A DNA stretch of 64,000 bases, taken from an uncultured Hormoscilla sp. (GTDB taxonomy: Bacteria; Cyanobacteriota; Cyanobacteriia; Cyanobacteriales; Desertifilaceae). Of the stretch, positions 34,360-45,102 are shown piece after piece (the first letter of the stretch is position 1; each line of letters starts with the position of its first letter). Made by a program: the position numbers and the translations under genes. Below the pieces are notes generated by a model. It worked only from the letters and a program-made list of their open reading frames with translations. It had not been told where the DNA came from and ran no database searches. The DNA lies in assembly GCA_963921275.4 (NCBI GenBank), contig OZ001293.3:256001-320000 (forward strand), given 5' to 3'.

Positions 34360-34672
34360 ATGAAGATCGGGAGATGATCCTAGAGATACTCACCGAATAT
34401 AGCAGTCACAAACCTGCCTATGGTGACGTAGAGGTAGAACTCATATTATATCCAGAAAGAGACCGCTATCTGCTTGTTCATGCAGGATGGAGTAATCGCC
34501 GTCGTATTTATGGTTGCACTATTCACATCGATCTTAAAGGTGATAAGATTTGGATTCAGAATGATGGTACAGAGGTGGTATTGCCAACGTCTTAGTCGAA
34601 CGTACCTCCGCAAGATATTGTTATTGCCTATAATGCACCCTATCTCAGGAAGTTTACAGATTTTGCTGTAGG
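34347..34672 (+). pseudogene. xisI: XisI-family protein, frameshifted near the C-terminus
   Basis: GW...RIYGCTIHIDLKGDKIWIQNDGTE, then frame lost. Confidence 0.85.
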
Positions 34673-34762
34673 TTAGGGAATTGTGAATTGAAAATTGTGA
34701 AAGGTAGATTGATTTATTCATGTCCTTTCCCTATTTTCGTCCCAGGCGCCAATCGCGCCTGG

Positions 34763-34850
34763 GAAGCACGCTTCGTGCTTACTACGAACCCCGAAGCACG
34801 CTTCGTGCTTACTACGAACCCCGAAGCACGCTTCGTGCTTACTACAAACG
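34763..34850. repeat. Three tandem copies (period 30) of the GAAGCAC..GTGCTTACTACRAAC small dispersed repeat
   Basis: Same family at ~18180, 18215, 20582, 25086, 27773, 29310, 33760, 38249. Confidence 0.9.
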
Positions 34851-35612
34851 GAAATCAGCTATCCACCCCCGTTGCACAAACAATGGTAACAAAGAACCCA
34901 CATCAACTAGACTGGCCAGTTTTTCACAGACCACTTCAAATGCATAATTTTCTTGAAAAGCTTTCAGCAACTCCCATTCCTGTTCATTTGGTAAATCAAT
35001 GCGCATATCATAACCCTTTCGCCACAGAAATATTTTTATCCCACCCGACTCTAAACTCACCACCTCATCACCTTGATAATCAGATTGATTAACTTGCCAA
35101 ATACGATGGATAGGATAAGCTGACTCGATCAGCACCGCATTTTTCGGTAAATAGAAAATTAACTCTCCCCATTTTTCCTGGGGAACTTCACCCAATCTCT
35201 GGAAATCTAACTCCCTTGTATCCTCACCACAAAAAACTCGATGCCAATGCCACTCTAAACGGGCCACATCTGGCAGATAGGGTAAATCTGCTACCGGTTC
35301 AAAGTTAGCTAGAAAATCGGGAAACTGTTCCCCATAATCTCCTAAGTCTGGTGACAAGCAAGGAAACCGATCGATAAATTTGACTGCCGTGGCCTCAAAA
35401 AACTTTTCCCCCACCAACTGACGGCAAACTGGGTAAGTTGACATTAATGTTTTACTCAGATTACCAATCACATTACCTCGGTAAACTGCTAAACTTTCTA
35501 CAGCTGTTAAATTCTGGGGTGCTTTGATATGTTTGCTTAATTCCTCTATGCTAGCCGCATCTCTTTGGCATACAGCCCGGTAAAATAAATTTTGCAGCCC
35601 GATCGCATCCAT
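34842..35612 (-). CDS. DUF2063 (BufC/HvfC-type) MNIO partner protein
   Basis: LAVYRGN, YPVCRQLVGEKFF, LGDYGEQFPDFL, PYLPDVARLEW; adjacent to DUF692. Confidence 0.9.
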   Translation of the reverse strand: MDAIGLQNLFYRAVCQRDAASIEELSKHIKAPQNLTAVESLAVYRGNVIGNLSKTLMSTYPVCRQLVGEKFFEATAVKFIDRFPCLSPDLGDYGEQFPDFLANFEPVADLPYLPDVARLEWHWHRVFCGEDTRELDFQRLGEVPQEKWGELIFYLPKNAVLIESAYPIHRIWQVNQSDYQGDEVVSLESGGIKIFLWRKGYDMRIDLPNEQEWELLKAFQENYAFEVVCEKLASLVDVGSLLPLFVQRGWIADFRL

Positions 35613-35631
35613 TACCCCACCTCTTTTAATA

Positions 35632-36643
35632 ACCTAAGTTGCGACCTATTAAAAAAAATATGAATTACCCACTTAGACTTTACAGATATTTAAGATATTT
35701 CGTAGCTTTTGATACAAAATTATATTTTTTTTGTGCTAGACGGCGGGTTGGCTGTTTATAGGTTATAATGTACTAAAATAATAGTTAATTGCTGGGGGAT
35801 GTAGATGATGGAAGATATGATTACAACAATTTTTGTTCTTTGTGACGAGCTACTAAAAGCGTTAAATATAAAAGAAGATCCACAAGTAAAAATGAACAAT
35901 GCCGAAGTGATGACAGTCGGATTAGTTGCTGCATATTTTTTCGGAGGACACCACGATCGCTCTTGTCAATTTATGGTCGAACACAAGTATATAAAAAATC
36001 TGTTAAGTAAAAGTAGGTTCAATCGTCGATTACACAATATTGAGGAACCAATTTGGATGTTTTTCTTCCAAGTTATAGCTCAAACATTTAAAGAGCTCAA
36101 TCCGGGTCAAGAATATATTCTTGATAGTTTCCCGGTGCCAGTATGTGATAATATTAGGATTGATAGATGCCAAATTTATAACAAGGAAGAATATCGAGAA
36201 TATATTGCCAGTAAAAAACGTTATTTTTATGGATTAAGAGTTCATATGTTGGTAAACAAAAATGGAAAGCCAATAGAATTTTATCTAGATCCTGGTAGTT
36301 ATAATGATGTTAAAGTTTTGCAATCTTTTGGCTTTGACTTACCATCAAATTCAATAGTTTATGGAGATAAAGCTTATAATGATTATCAATTAGAGGATTT
36401 ACTAAAAGAGTCGTCAAGTATAATGTTAAAACCTTTGCGAAAAAAGAACTCAAAAAGAAAAGAATATTCTTGTTTTGAATATATACAAAAAGTAACAAGA
36501 AAACAAGTTGAAACCTGTTTTAGTCGAATCACCAATTTGTTTCCCAAGTCAATTCATGCTGTTACATCTAAGGGATTAGAGTTAAAAATAATTCTCTTTA
36601 TCATAGCTTTTTGTATCCAATTTTTATAGGTCGCAACTTGAGT
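35632..36643 (+). mobile_element. IS982-family element, apparently intact
   Basis: TIR ACCTAAGTTGCGACCTAT / ATAGGTCGCAACTTGAGT; 7-bp TSD TTTAATA; AT-rich. Confidence 0.93.
35805..36629 (+). CDS. IS982-family DDE transposase
   Basis: SRFNRR, ILDSFPVPVC, YFYGLRVH, YGDKAY, RKQVETCFS. Confidence 0.93.
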   Translation: MMEDMITTIFVLCDELLKALNIKEDPQVKMNNAEVMTVGLVAAYFFGGHHDRSCQFMVEHKYIKNLLSKSRFNRRLHNIEEPIWMFFFQVIAQTFKELNPGQEYILDSFPVPVCDNIRIDRCQIYNKEEYREYIASKKRYFYGLRVHMLVNKNGKPIEFYLDPGSYNDVKVLQSFGFDLPSNSIVYGDKAYNDYQLEDLLKESSSIMLKPLRKKNSKRKEYSCFEYIQKVTRKQVETCFSRITNLFPKSIHAVTSKGLELKIILFIIAFCIQFL

Positions 36644-37494
36644 TTTAATAACTTCTCCGCCTTAAAAGCTTCGGCCATTAATACTTCCCAACTGGGAATA
36701 TCAGCATCCCACTCGATCAAAGTCGCTACAGCACCAAACCTTGCTAATGCAGCTTGATATAATTCCCAAACTGGCGGATGCACGGGATAACCGTGAGTAT
36801 CCAATAGATAATTTTCCCGTTCCTCGTAACCCGCTAAGTGCATCTCTTTCACTCGGGCTTTTGGGATATTATCCAGATACTTAAGGAGGTCAAATCCATT
36901 ATTTATTGCATTTACATAAACATTATTAATATATAGCAGCAAGTAACAGTCAGCTTTTTTAACTAATCCCTGGATAAACTCCCATTCTGGCATAGTTGCA
37001 TCTGTAAAACTTAGATAGGGAGAAGGATTTTCAATCAATATTTGCCTCCCTAAAAATTCCTGGACCTGCAAGATGCGATCGGCCACATGTTCCATTACCT
37101 TTTCTGTATAAATCAGAGGAATCAAATCATTCATGTAGTGACCGTTAACCGATATCCAAGATAGATGATCGGAAATCAAATCTGGTTCAACTCTTGCTGC
37201 TAATTTTTTTAAGCGAGTTAAATAATCGAAATTCAATGGGTCTGTTGAACCCAGAGACATTCCTACCCCATGTAAGCTAATGGGATAGTCCTGGCGAATC
37301 TTTTCTAAATAGAATAATGGCAAACCACCTGCACAGAAATAGTTATCTGATATCACCTCAAACCAATTTACTTCTGGTTTCTTCGTAATGATATCTTGAT
37401 AATGGCGTGATCGTAAACCAATTCCAGCACCTTTAATTGCTGTTGGTAGTTGCCCCTTTTGGCATACTTCTAAGGATTGCATGTCAGTTTTCAT
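36601..37494 (-). CDS. DUF692 multinuclear non-heme iron oxidase (MNIO, BufB-type); C-terminus altered by IS982
   Basis: GIGLR, WFEV..DNY, SLHGVGMSLG, SDHLSW, LIENP, EMHLAG, DTHG, LIEWD. Confidence 0.93.
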   Translation of the reverse strand: MKTDMQSLEVCQKGQLPTAIKGAGIGLRSRHYQDIITKKPEVNWFEVISDNYFCAGGLPLFYLEKIRQDYPISLHGVGMSLGSTDPLNFDYLTRLKKLAARVEPDLISDHLSWISVNGHYMNDLIPLIYTEKVMEHVADRILQVQEFLGRQILIENPSPYLSFTDATMPEWEFIQGLVKKADCYLLLYINNVYVNAINNGFDLLKYLDNIPKARVKEMHLAGYEERENYLLDTHGYPVHPPVWELYQAALARFGAVATLIEWDADIPSWEVLMAEAFKAEKLLKLKLRPIKIGYKKL

Positions 37495-37719
37495 CTATCA
37501 TGGAAAATATTTATAGCATTAGTGAAGAAGGATCTGACGATCTTGATTATCCTCAAATCCTTCTTACACGCTACGCTATTTTTTACTTAATTTTTGCTGC
37601 ACAATGGGATGATAGGAATAGTTGGCAGTCGTTTTCAACTTAGACTACAAGCCATTTTCAGCTATGTGCCCAAAATATCCCCCAACGCCAATTTTCGATC
37701 CGGGGATCTGGTAATCTGA

Positions 37720-37992
37720 TTACCTGAGGACTCTTCCACCTACAATCTTAGCGCAAGTGCCTCGCGGAAGCTCAATCCACTCGTTAGGATCGCCACTTGT
37801 TGTAGCCATACCTGCGCAGTCATGGCCATTCGCCCCACAATCATTCTTGCCAGCTAGAACGATACCACCACATTTTTCATACCCTCGCTTGAGAGCCTGG
37901 GCTTCCTGATTATTAGCTACAGCAGCAATCCCAACAGCTAGTACACCTGTTAATGCAGTAGCCACTACTGCTTTGGGAGTTACATTTTTCAT
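37720..37992 (-). CDS. DUF2282 (BufA1-type) secreted RiPP precursor
   Basis: Signal peptide, then [15 protein letters not shown]6-CAG...W...GTC.KI.GG four-Cys pattern. Confidence 0.9.
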   Translation of the reverse strand: MKNVTPKAVVATALTGVLAVGIAAVANNQEAQALKRGYEKCGGIVLAGKNDCGANGHDCAGMATTSGDPNEWIELPRGTCAKIVGGRVLR

Positions 37993-38418
37993 CGTCTTCT
38001 CTGCTCCAGTTCAATTTTGTTCCATCCACAGTTTTGATGATCTCTAATCAATATGAAGATTGGCTTTGCTCAATCTGAGAATAACCTGAGAAACCCGTAA
38101 AAAATCGGTAAAGCTTTAATTTATATACCGGTAGTGGCCGATCCCCCCCCAACCCCCTTTTTGACTCCGGCTGAGACTATTTTCACCGGATGACAATTTA
38201 GCGGGTAGCTACCGGCGCTCTGAGTCTGTCTGTACCTTATCCGGAGGCAAGCACTAAACTGCGTACTACGAACAGCGCCGGGGATAATCAAGAGCACCGC
38301 CGGCAAGACACACTTTACGGCTTACTACAAACAAAATTTTTCCTTAATGCCTAAAAACAGTTTACATGAGAGTGTAGGATGTTACAATTATAAATTGTGA
38401 GTTTTGAGGCCAGAACAG

Positions 38419-38781
38419 ATGCACGCACAAGAGGCGATCCGCTTCCTAGAAGCGGAACAGATGAAGGAAAAGTTGCCCCAGATATACATAGGGGACACCG
38501 TCAGAGTAGGGGTGCGGATCCGGGAAGGAGGTAAAGAAAGAACCCAACCCTATGAAGGAACGGTGATCGCTAAGCGTAATGCCGGCATAAACGAGACCAT
38601 TACAGTGCGCCGCATATTCCAAGGTGTCGGTGTAGAACGGGTGTTCTTGCTGCATTCTCCCCGGATAAAAAGCATCAAAGTGGTGCGTCGCGGCAAGGCC
38701 CGCCGGGCCAAACTGTACTATTTGCGCTCGCGGGTAGGCAAGGGAACCCGCCTGAAGCAACGGTTTGACCGCCCTTTGTAA
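38419..38781 (+). CDS. rplS: 50S ribosomal protein L19
   Basis: [29 protein letters not shown]. Confidence 0.99.
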   Translation: MHAQEAIRFLEAEQMKEKLPQIYIGDTVRVGVRIREGGKERTQPYEGTVIAKRNAGINETITVRRIFQGVGVERVFLLHSPRIKSIKVVRRGKARRAKLYYLRSRVGKGTRLKQRFDRPL

Positions 38782-38807
38782 AATGGTGAAAAAAATCCCA
38801 AAAAAAG

Positions 38808-38837
38808 TTGACATTGCTCGTGCGTCCGATATAGAAT
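38808..38837 (+). promoter_or_regulatory. Sigma70-type promoter upstream of tRNA-Trp
   Basis: TTGACA-18 nt-TAGAAT. Confidence 0.6.
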
Positions 38838-38873
38838 AGCTCAAGAGAGCTACAACGCTTCAATTTCACCTTG

Positions 38874-38946
38874 GCGCTCTTAGTTCAGCTGGTAGAACGC
38901 AGGTCTCCAAAACCTGATGTCGGGGGTTCAAATCCTCCAGGGCGCG
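38874..38946 (+). tRNA. trnW: tRNA-Trp (CCA)
   Basis: Acceptor GCGCTCT/AGGGCGC, anticodon arm CAGGT-CTCCAAA-ACCTG, T loop GTTCAAATC; usual position before secE. Confidence 0.97.
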
Positions 38947-38957
38947 CTGAATCATGC

Positions 38958-39002
38958 TTCGGTATCTCCTGGGAGCGCATATCGCACTACCCAGGAGACA
39001 CC
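38958..39002 (+). repeat. 45-nt hairpin element
   Basis: TTCGGTATCTCCTGGGAGCGCATATCGCACTACCCAGGAGACACC. Confidence 0.85.
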
Positions 39003-39199
39003 GCCCAAGTTGTGCTGGTTTCCCGGATAGCCAATAGCCCGGTATGACAGGGAACCGGCGCTGGCAGGTGGTACAGATCGATGGTCTCGGGTAGACTTGA
39101 GAAGATGAGACCGTGCATCAAGTTAAGACCGGCGGAAACGAGCGGAGAGATAAACTTGCCGCTCGGGCAACTGTGTAGCGTGAAAAGGGGAAGGTAGCT

Positions 39200-39418
39200 G
39201 TGGCGAAAAACAAAGCAGTGCCAGAAAAAACAGAAGGCTTTAACCCAGTCAAGTTTTTTCAAGGCACTAAAGAAGAATTAGAGAAAGTAGTTTGGCCCAG
39301 TCGGCAACAGCTGATTAGCGAATCAGTGGCTGTGATGTCGATGGTAGCTCTTTCAGCACTGCTGATCTATGCAGTGGATAATTTGTTTGGTTGGTTAGCA
39401 GGGCAGGTGTTTGGATGA
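39200..39418 (+). CDS. secE: Preprotein translocase SecE
   Basis: ELEKVVWPSRQQL plus one TM segment; context. Confidence 0.97.
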   Translation: MAKNKAVPEKTEGFNPVKFFQGTKEELEKVVWPSRQQLISESVAVMSMVALSALLIYAVDNLFGWLAGQVFG

Positions 39419-40071
39419 ATTTGGGATCGTCAGAGGAAGACCGCCGTTCCACGGAAACGGAAGATATGGCAGAACTCCTGAATGAACTCCCAGAGTTGGA
39501 AGTCGGCCAGGAAAAATCTTGTTGGTATGCAGTGCAGGTAGCCTCAGGCTGCGAAAAGCGGGTGAAGGCCAACCTGGAACAGCGGGTGCAAACCCTAAAT
39601 GTGGCCAACAGGATATTGCAAGTGGCGATTCCCGAAAAATCATCCCTCCAGTTCCGCAGGGGAGGAAAACCGCAGCAAACGACGGAAAAGGTATTTCCAG
39701 GGTATGTTCTGATCCGAATGTCGATGGACGATGAAACCTGGCTAGTGGTAAAGAGCACTCCCCACGTGATTAACTTTGTCGGGGCGGAGCAAAAACGCCG
39801 CTATGGTAGGGGACGAGGACATGTTAAGCCATTGCCTCTGAGTAAGAATGAGGTAGAAAGGATCTTCAGACAAACAGAGTCAGAACAGCCGGAGGTCAAA
39901 ATCGACATGGCAGTCGGGGATAAAATCCTGGTGCTGTCAGGCCCCTTCAAAGATTTTGAAGGGGAAGTCATAGAAGTAAGTCCGGAACGCAGCAAGCTGA
40001 AGGCCCTACTTTCGATCTTTGGACGGGATACCCCCGTAGAATTGGAGTTTGGCCAGATACGAAAACAGTAA
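39415..40071 (+). CDS. nusG: Transcription termination/antitermination factor NusG
   Basis: WYAVQVASGCE, FPGYV, SGPFKDFEG, IFGRDTPVEL. Confidence 0.98.
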   Translation: MNLGSSEEDRRSTETEDMAELLNELPELEVGQEKSCWYAVQVASGCEKRVKANLEQRVQTLNVANRILQVAIPEKSSLQFRRGGKPQQTTEKVFPGYVLIRMSMDDETWLVVKSTPHVINFVGAEQKRRYGRGRGHVKPLPLSKNEVERIFRQTESEQPEVKIDMAVGDKILVLSGPFKDFEGEVIEVSPERSKLKALLSIFGRDTPVELEFGQIRKQ

Positions 40072-40082
40072 CTCACAGATAG

Positions 40083-40508
40083 ATGGCGAAAAAAGCAGTG
40101 GCGATGATCAAGTTGGCTTTGCCAGCAGGCAAGGCTAACCCGGCACCACCGGTGGGCCCAGCGTTGGGTCAGCATGGGGTGAATATCATGATGTTCTGCA
40201 AGGAATATAATGCCAAAACGGCAGACCAGGCAGGCATGGTGATTCCAGTAGAAATTTCGGTCTATGAAGACCGTAGCTTTACCTTTGTACTCAAAACCCC
40301 GCCAGCATCGGTATTAATTCGCAAGGCGGCGGGCCTTGAAAAGGGTTCGGCAGAACCAAACAGAAAGAAAGTGGGCTCCTTAACTAAGGCGCAATTGCAA
40401 GAAATTGCCCAGAGGAAAATGCCAGACCTGAATGCTAATGATATTGGGGCAGCAATGAAAATGGTGGCAGGAACAGCTCAGAATATGGGCGTGAAAATAG
40501 AAGAGTAA
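40083..40508 (+). CDS. rplK: 50S ribosomal protein L11
   Basis: [18 protein letters not shown]. Confidence 0.99.
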   Translation: MAKKAVAMIKLALPAGKANPAPPVGPALGQHGVNIMMFCKEYNAKTADQAGMVIPVEISVYEDRSFTFVLKTPPASVLIRKAAGLEKGSAEPNRKKVGSLTKAQLQEIAQRKMPDLNANDIGAAMKMVAGTAQNMGVKIEE

Positions 40509-40537
40509 TCAGAAAAATATTAGGGGCAGAGAAAAAG

Positions 40538-41254
40538 ATGCCGAAAAAGCGATCGCGCCGGATGCGAGAACTGGAGAAAAAAGTAGAAGAACGCCTCTAC
40601 GAACCGCTAGAGGCCCTACAGCTGTTAAAAGAAACAGCAACAGCGAAATTTGCCGAATCAGTAGAAGTTCACGTGCGCTTGGGAATAGACCCCAAGTACA
40701 CGGACCAGCAGCTGCGGACAACGGTGGCGCTGCCGAATGGAACTGGTCAAACGGTCAGGGTAGCGGTGATTGCTAAAGGTGAAAAGGTGACGGAAGCATC
40801 GGCAGCAGGCGCGGATGTGGTAGGATCGGAAGAGCTGATTGAGGAAATCCAAAAAGGTCGGATGGACTTCGAGCGGGTGATTGCCACACCGGATATGATG
40901 AAGGAGGTGGCAAAACTGGGGCGGATTCTGGGCCCCCGTGGCTTGATGCCATCGCCTAAAGGCGGTACGGTAACTTTTGACGTGGCAAATGCGATTACGG
41001 AAGTAAAAGCTGGTAAACTGGAGTTTCGGGCCGATCGCACGGGCATTGTCCATATCCAGTTTGGCAAAGCATCGTTTTCCGCTGATGATTTGCTAGTAAA
41101 TCTGAAAGCCTTGCAGGAAACTATCGAACGCAATAAGCCTGCAGGTGCAAAGGGACGCTACTGGCGGACAATGTATGTAGCGGCGACCATGGGCCCCTCT
41201 ATTCAGATGGATATCAACGCCTTGCGGGATCTGAAAATAGCCGAAGCAGCATAA
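40538..41254 (+). CDS. rplA: 50S ribosomal protein L1
   Basis: [21 protein letters not shown]. Confidence 0.99.
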   Translation: MPKKRSRRMRELEKKVEERLYEPLEALQLLKETATAKFAESVEVHVRLGIDPKYTDQQLRTTVALPNGTGQTVRVAVIAKGEKVTEASAAGADVVGSEELIEEIQKGRMDFERVIATPDMMKEVAKLGRILGPRGLMPSPKGGTVTFDVANAITEVKAGKLEFRADRTGIVHIQFGKASFSADDLLVNLKALQETIERNKPAGAKGRYWRTMYVAATMGPSIQMDINALRDLKIAEAA

Positions 41255-41255
41255 T

Positions 41256-41351
41256 TGTTAGTGGTTAGTGGTTAGTGGTTGGTGGTTAGTGGACAACGAA
41301 CAACTGACAACGAACAACTGACAACAAACAACTGACAACGAATAACTGACA
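41256..41351. repeat. Heptamer short tandem repeats (TTAGTGG; ACAACTG/ACAACGA)
   Basis: Direct inspection; similar tracts at ~2352, 11615, 23015, 60225. Confidence 0.85.
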
Positions 41352-41377
41352 AGGTGGGTGATGCCCACCCTACAAAC

Positions 41378-41502
41378 TCAACCAGAGACAGCAGGTGCTA
41401 ACAGCTTAATATCCTGCCGAGGTTGACTTCGGAAAACGGTTCCTGGTAAAAGGAACTATGGCTTTCCGATGTTACCCCGGCATGAAATGTCGGGGTTTTT
41501 CA
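41378..41502 (+). promoter_or_regulatory. Ribosomal protein L10 leader with terminator-like hairpin
   Basis: AGACAGCAGG...TTAA..CCTGCCGAGG upstream of rplJ; ACCCCGGCA-TGAAA-TGTCGGGGT followed by a T run. Confidence 0.8.
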
Positions 41503-41537
41503 GTTTGGAAGCATACCCCTTTAAGGAGGTGAGAGAT

Positions 41538-42104
41538 ATGGGTAGAACCTTGGCAGATAAACAAGCCATTGTGGCTGACCTTAAGCAAAACTTGAGGGAG
41601 TCTCAAATGGCGATCGTCATAGATTATCAGGGGTTGTCTGTGACCGAAATTACTGATTTACGGCGGCAACTGCGCCCGACGGGTACGGTTTGTAAGGTCG
41701 CTAAGAATACCCTGATGGGACGTGCAGTCAAAGGGGATCCTACCTGGGAACCGATGCAGGACTTCCTGTCAGAATCATCGGCATTCTTGTTGATCAAGGA
41801 TGACATGGGTGCTGCGATTAAGGCTTACCAAGCATTCCAAAAAGCTACCAAGAAGACGGAATTTCGCGGTGGCGTCATGCAAGGTAGGGCCTTGAATGAG
41901 GTGGAGGTGAAGGCGATCGCCGACTTGCCTTCTAAGGAGGAATTGATCGCCCAAATCGCTGGTGCCATTAACAGCATCTCTACTAAGCTTGCTGTTGGCA
42001 TTAATGAGGTGCCTGCTTCCCTGGGTCGCAGCATTAATGAGGTGCCTGCTTCCTTGGGTCGCTGCCTGGCCGCGATCGCTGCTAAGGAAGAAGGGGAAGG
42101 CTAG
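41538..42104 (+). CDS. rplJ: 50S ribosomal protein L10
   Basis: DYQGLSV, VAKNTL, LPSKEELIAQ; AGGAGG RBS. Confidence 0.98.
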   Translation: MGRTLADKQAIVADLKQNLRESQMAIVIDYQGLSVTEITDLRRQLRPTGTVCKVAKNTLMGRAVKGDPTWEPMQDFLSESSAFLLIKDDMGAAIKAYQAFQKATKKTEFRGGVMQGRALNEVEVKAIADLPSKEELIAQIAGAINSISTKLAVGINEVPASLGRSINEVPASLGRCLAAIAAKEEGEG

Positions 42105-42217
42105 ACACCTCCACCCGAGGCGATGGTGGGCGGTGCCCACCCTACGGAACGAAGTCCGCCTGCGCGGGCCGAGCGACGCTCGTGATACCACAACATTCAT
42201 TTGAAAGGAGTTAATCA

Positions 42218-42622
42218 ATGTCTGCTGCAACTGAAGAAATTCTGGAAAAACTCAAGGGCTTAAGCTTGCTGGAAGCTTCTGAATTGGTCAAGCAAATTGA
42301 GGAAGCTTTTGGCGTCAGCGCCGCCGCACCTGCTGGTGGTGGCATGATGATGATGGCTCCTGGTGCTGCTAGTGCTGCTGCTGCTCCCGCTGAGGAAGTG
42401 GAAGAGCAAACCGAGTTTGATGTGGTGCTCGAAGAATTCACAGCTGATAAGAAGATTGCCGTCCTGAAGGTGGTACGGGCCCTCACCGGTCTGGGTCTGA
42501 AGGAAGCTAAGGATTTGGTAGAGGGAGCACCGAAGGCCATTAAGGAGGCGATCGCGAAGGATGCGGCTGAGGATGCTAAGAAGCAACTGGAATCGGCTGG
42601 TGCTAAGGTCAGCGTGAAGTAA
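42218..42622 (+). CDS. rplL: 50S ribosomal protein L7/L12
   Basis: [29 protein letters not shown]. Confidence 0.99.
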   Translation: MSAATEEILEKLKGLSLLEASELVKQIEEAFGVSAAAPAGGGMMMMAPGAASAAAAPAEEVEEQTEFDVVLEEFTADKKIAVLKVVRALTGLGLKEAKDLVEGAPKAIKEAIAKDAAEDAKKQLESAGAKVSVK

Positions 42623-42874
42623 CACGCCTTCTGCTGACTGGTGAACGCTTGCTATCAACTGACAACTCTCTAAGGCGGGACAAGTCCTACCTTAGGGACT
42701 CGCGGTTTCATAGTACCAATGATTTCGCTACTCCTTCGAGAAATTGATGGTATGGCCAGTACTCTATTGGGGCGCAAGTCTCCTACCACAGCTTCCAGAC
42801 CCCAGCCCCGGAGAATTTGACTCGGTAACAGGGGACTGTGGGCCATCGCCTGGCCCTGCAAATTATCCTTCCTC

Positions 42875-42919
42875 AATGTCTCCGGAGTAGTGCGAGTAGC
42901 GCTCTCCGGAGACATCGAA
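42875..42919 (-). repeat. 45-nt hairpin element
   Basis: Arms TGTCTCCGGAG/CTCCGGAGACA around TAGTGCGAGTAGCGCT. Confidence 0.9.
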
Positions 42920-43422
42920 TCCCCGAAAATGATAGCTTATGTCAGTGCCATTCAATCCTACAACCGGCGGGACCCAGGTCCGTCAAGACTTTCCCGTCAA
43001 AATGGCTTACCACCCCTCAAAATTATGCGATAATTCCGAAAAGTACAAAAAGTTGTACAATTAGGGGATAAGATGGATTGTTGATGAGAAAGCGTTTCAA
43101 CAAATGCCTATATATGACAACAATTAGCTAAATTAGCCAAACAGGTAGTATCTCATGACGCGGAGCCCGCAGAAATACTAACCATCCACATGCATTAATA
43201 TACAACAGAAAAAAACAGTTTTATTTGCAAGATGGAATCAGGTGGACTTCATAAAATTTGTCAGGATCTATTAGCAGATATCGAACAGAGGAATACAGGT
43301 CTGAGCAAACCTAGGCGATTGGGTTTGGCCAACTTGGTCGGTTGCATGTTGTCAGAGAGGACTGCTAATCTAATGGTATTGGCAGCAGCACTACCTCGGA
43401 CAATTAAGCTTTCGGAAAAACG

Positions 43423-44625
43423 GGCACTGGTTCCGGTAAATGTAGTGAGCAGAAGTATTGCTATATAGGGATTAAAGGCGATAATATATTTCAAAGATGA
43501 TATGTCAAAGTGCCAGACCCATGAAAGCGCTCTTAACCCAAAGATGTCCTTGTTGCGAGAGGGAAGAAGTTCATGCTCACCACCAGTATATAACTAAAAA
43601 TAACGGCTCACGAACCATTTACTATTGCCTGGAGTGCGACATCTATTTCAGTGAGACATTTGCAACCCCCCTAGCAGGACTTCCGACACCATTAAGTCGG
43701 GTCATAGAGATTCATCCAGCCAGAAGTGAAGGGATGAGCCTCAAGGGAACAGCGCGTACCTTCTTAGTCTCAAAGAAAAGTATAATTGACTGGGAAAGCC
43801 CCTTGGGGAACATCAAACCAACGAGGATGCTCTATAGCCTACTCCATCAATTTATTGAACTTGAGATTGAAGGAGATAAACTGTATACCAAAGTTGAAAA
43901 AACCAGCTCCCTAGTCTCAGTGAAGGGTGGACGATAGTGCTCATGGAGCGAGCCAGTCGATTATGCACGGAATTGCACTGTGGTCGTAAAGACCAGCAGA
44001 TGGAGAGAGAAAGCTCTCAATTGGTAGAGGTGATTGCCCAAAGGGACAATCTCACCTTGTTCACAGATGGAGAAAGACGTTATTCTTATGGACTCTTTGG
44101 CATCTGTCATGAGGTGATCCGTAACGGCAAACCCGGTCGTCCCTCCAAGGGCTTACCCAAAGAGATACGAGTGGGTTTGAAAAATAAAGGTTCGCTCCTT
44201 AATCGGGGTCGAAAACGCAAAAAGTTTGAAGCTCCCGTTGGTGAGCATCCTCAAACAGACTCATTGATTCCATCCGCTCAGATTCATGCCAATCACGTGG
44301 CGATGCGCGAGGGGTAGTGCGAGTAGAGCGCTCCCCGAGTGCATCGACGAGGCATTTAATGCTTCCCCTCCTCGACGCAACAGTGCTTTTCGGCGCCGAA
44401 CGAGTACCTATGCAAAATCTTGCAAACATCTACAGAGAACCCTGGATGTATTCTGGGTCATCCACAATAAGTTACGAGTGCATTTCACGACAAAAGCTGT
44501 GATGGCTGTGAAGTTAGGCATTTTTGAAGCCAGTCTATCTTGGTCTCAAGTCTTTAGGATTCGATCTGCTTTATAATCCCCTATATATAAGAGATACATC
44601 CCTCACAGGCAACGGAACCAGTACC
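43423..44625 (+). mobile_element. Degenerate IS1-family element
   Basis: TIR GGCACTGGTTCCG/CGGAACCAGTACC; TSD GAAAAACG; Zn-ribbon plus HTH, IEGDKLYT, FTDGERRY, RRRNSAFRRR. Confidence 0.88.
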
Positions 44626-45102
44626 GAAAAACGCTATCAATATATCAGTAGGTTTCTCACCAGTGACGACGTGGATGTTGTGGAGGTAATGACTTCTTAT
44701 GAACGGGAGTTAAGTGAGAAGCTGACTGCTTGTGGAGAGCAGTTAATACTAATCTTAGGCCAAAGCAAGGTGGGAAATGCCTTTGAAATGTTGATGGTGA
44801 GTATCAGCATGGTCCGGAGCTCTTTGCCATTGCTTTGGCATGTTCAAAAAACCAAGAGTCCATAGGTTTCTCAGAACAAAAGCAATTACTCTCAAAAGTA
44901 TACCAGATGCTGTCTGAGAAGTTTTCCATCTTGTTGATGCCTGACAGGTTCTCTGGTACCCCTTCATTAGTAGAATGATGTCAAAATCATCAATGGAGCT
45001 ACCGAATTCGTCTGAAGGGCAACCTAATTTTCCAACGGAGGAGAAATTACGCTGTAAGATGCCGCAGCATTGGGCGTAAAAATATTGAACGGAGCTTGCT
45101 TT

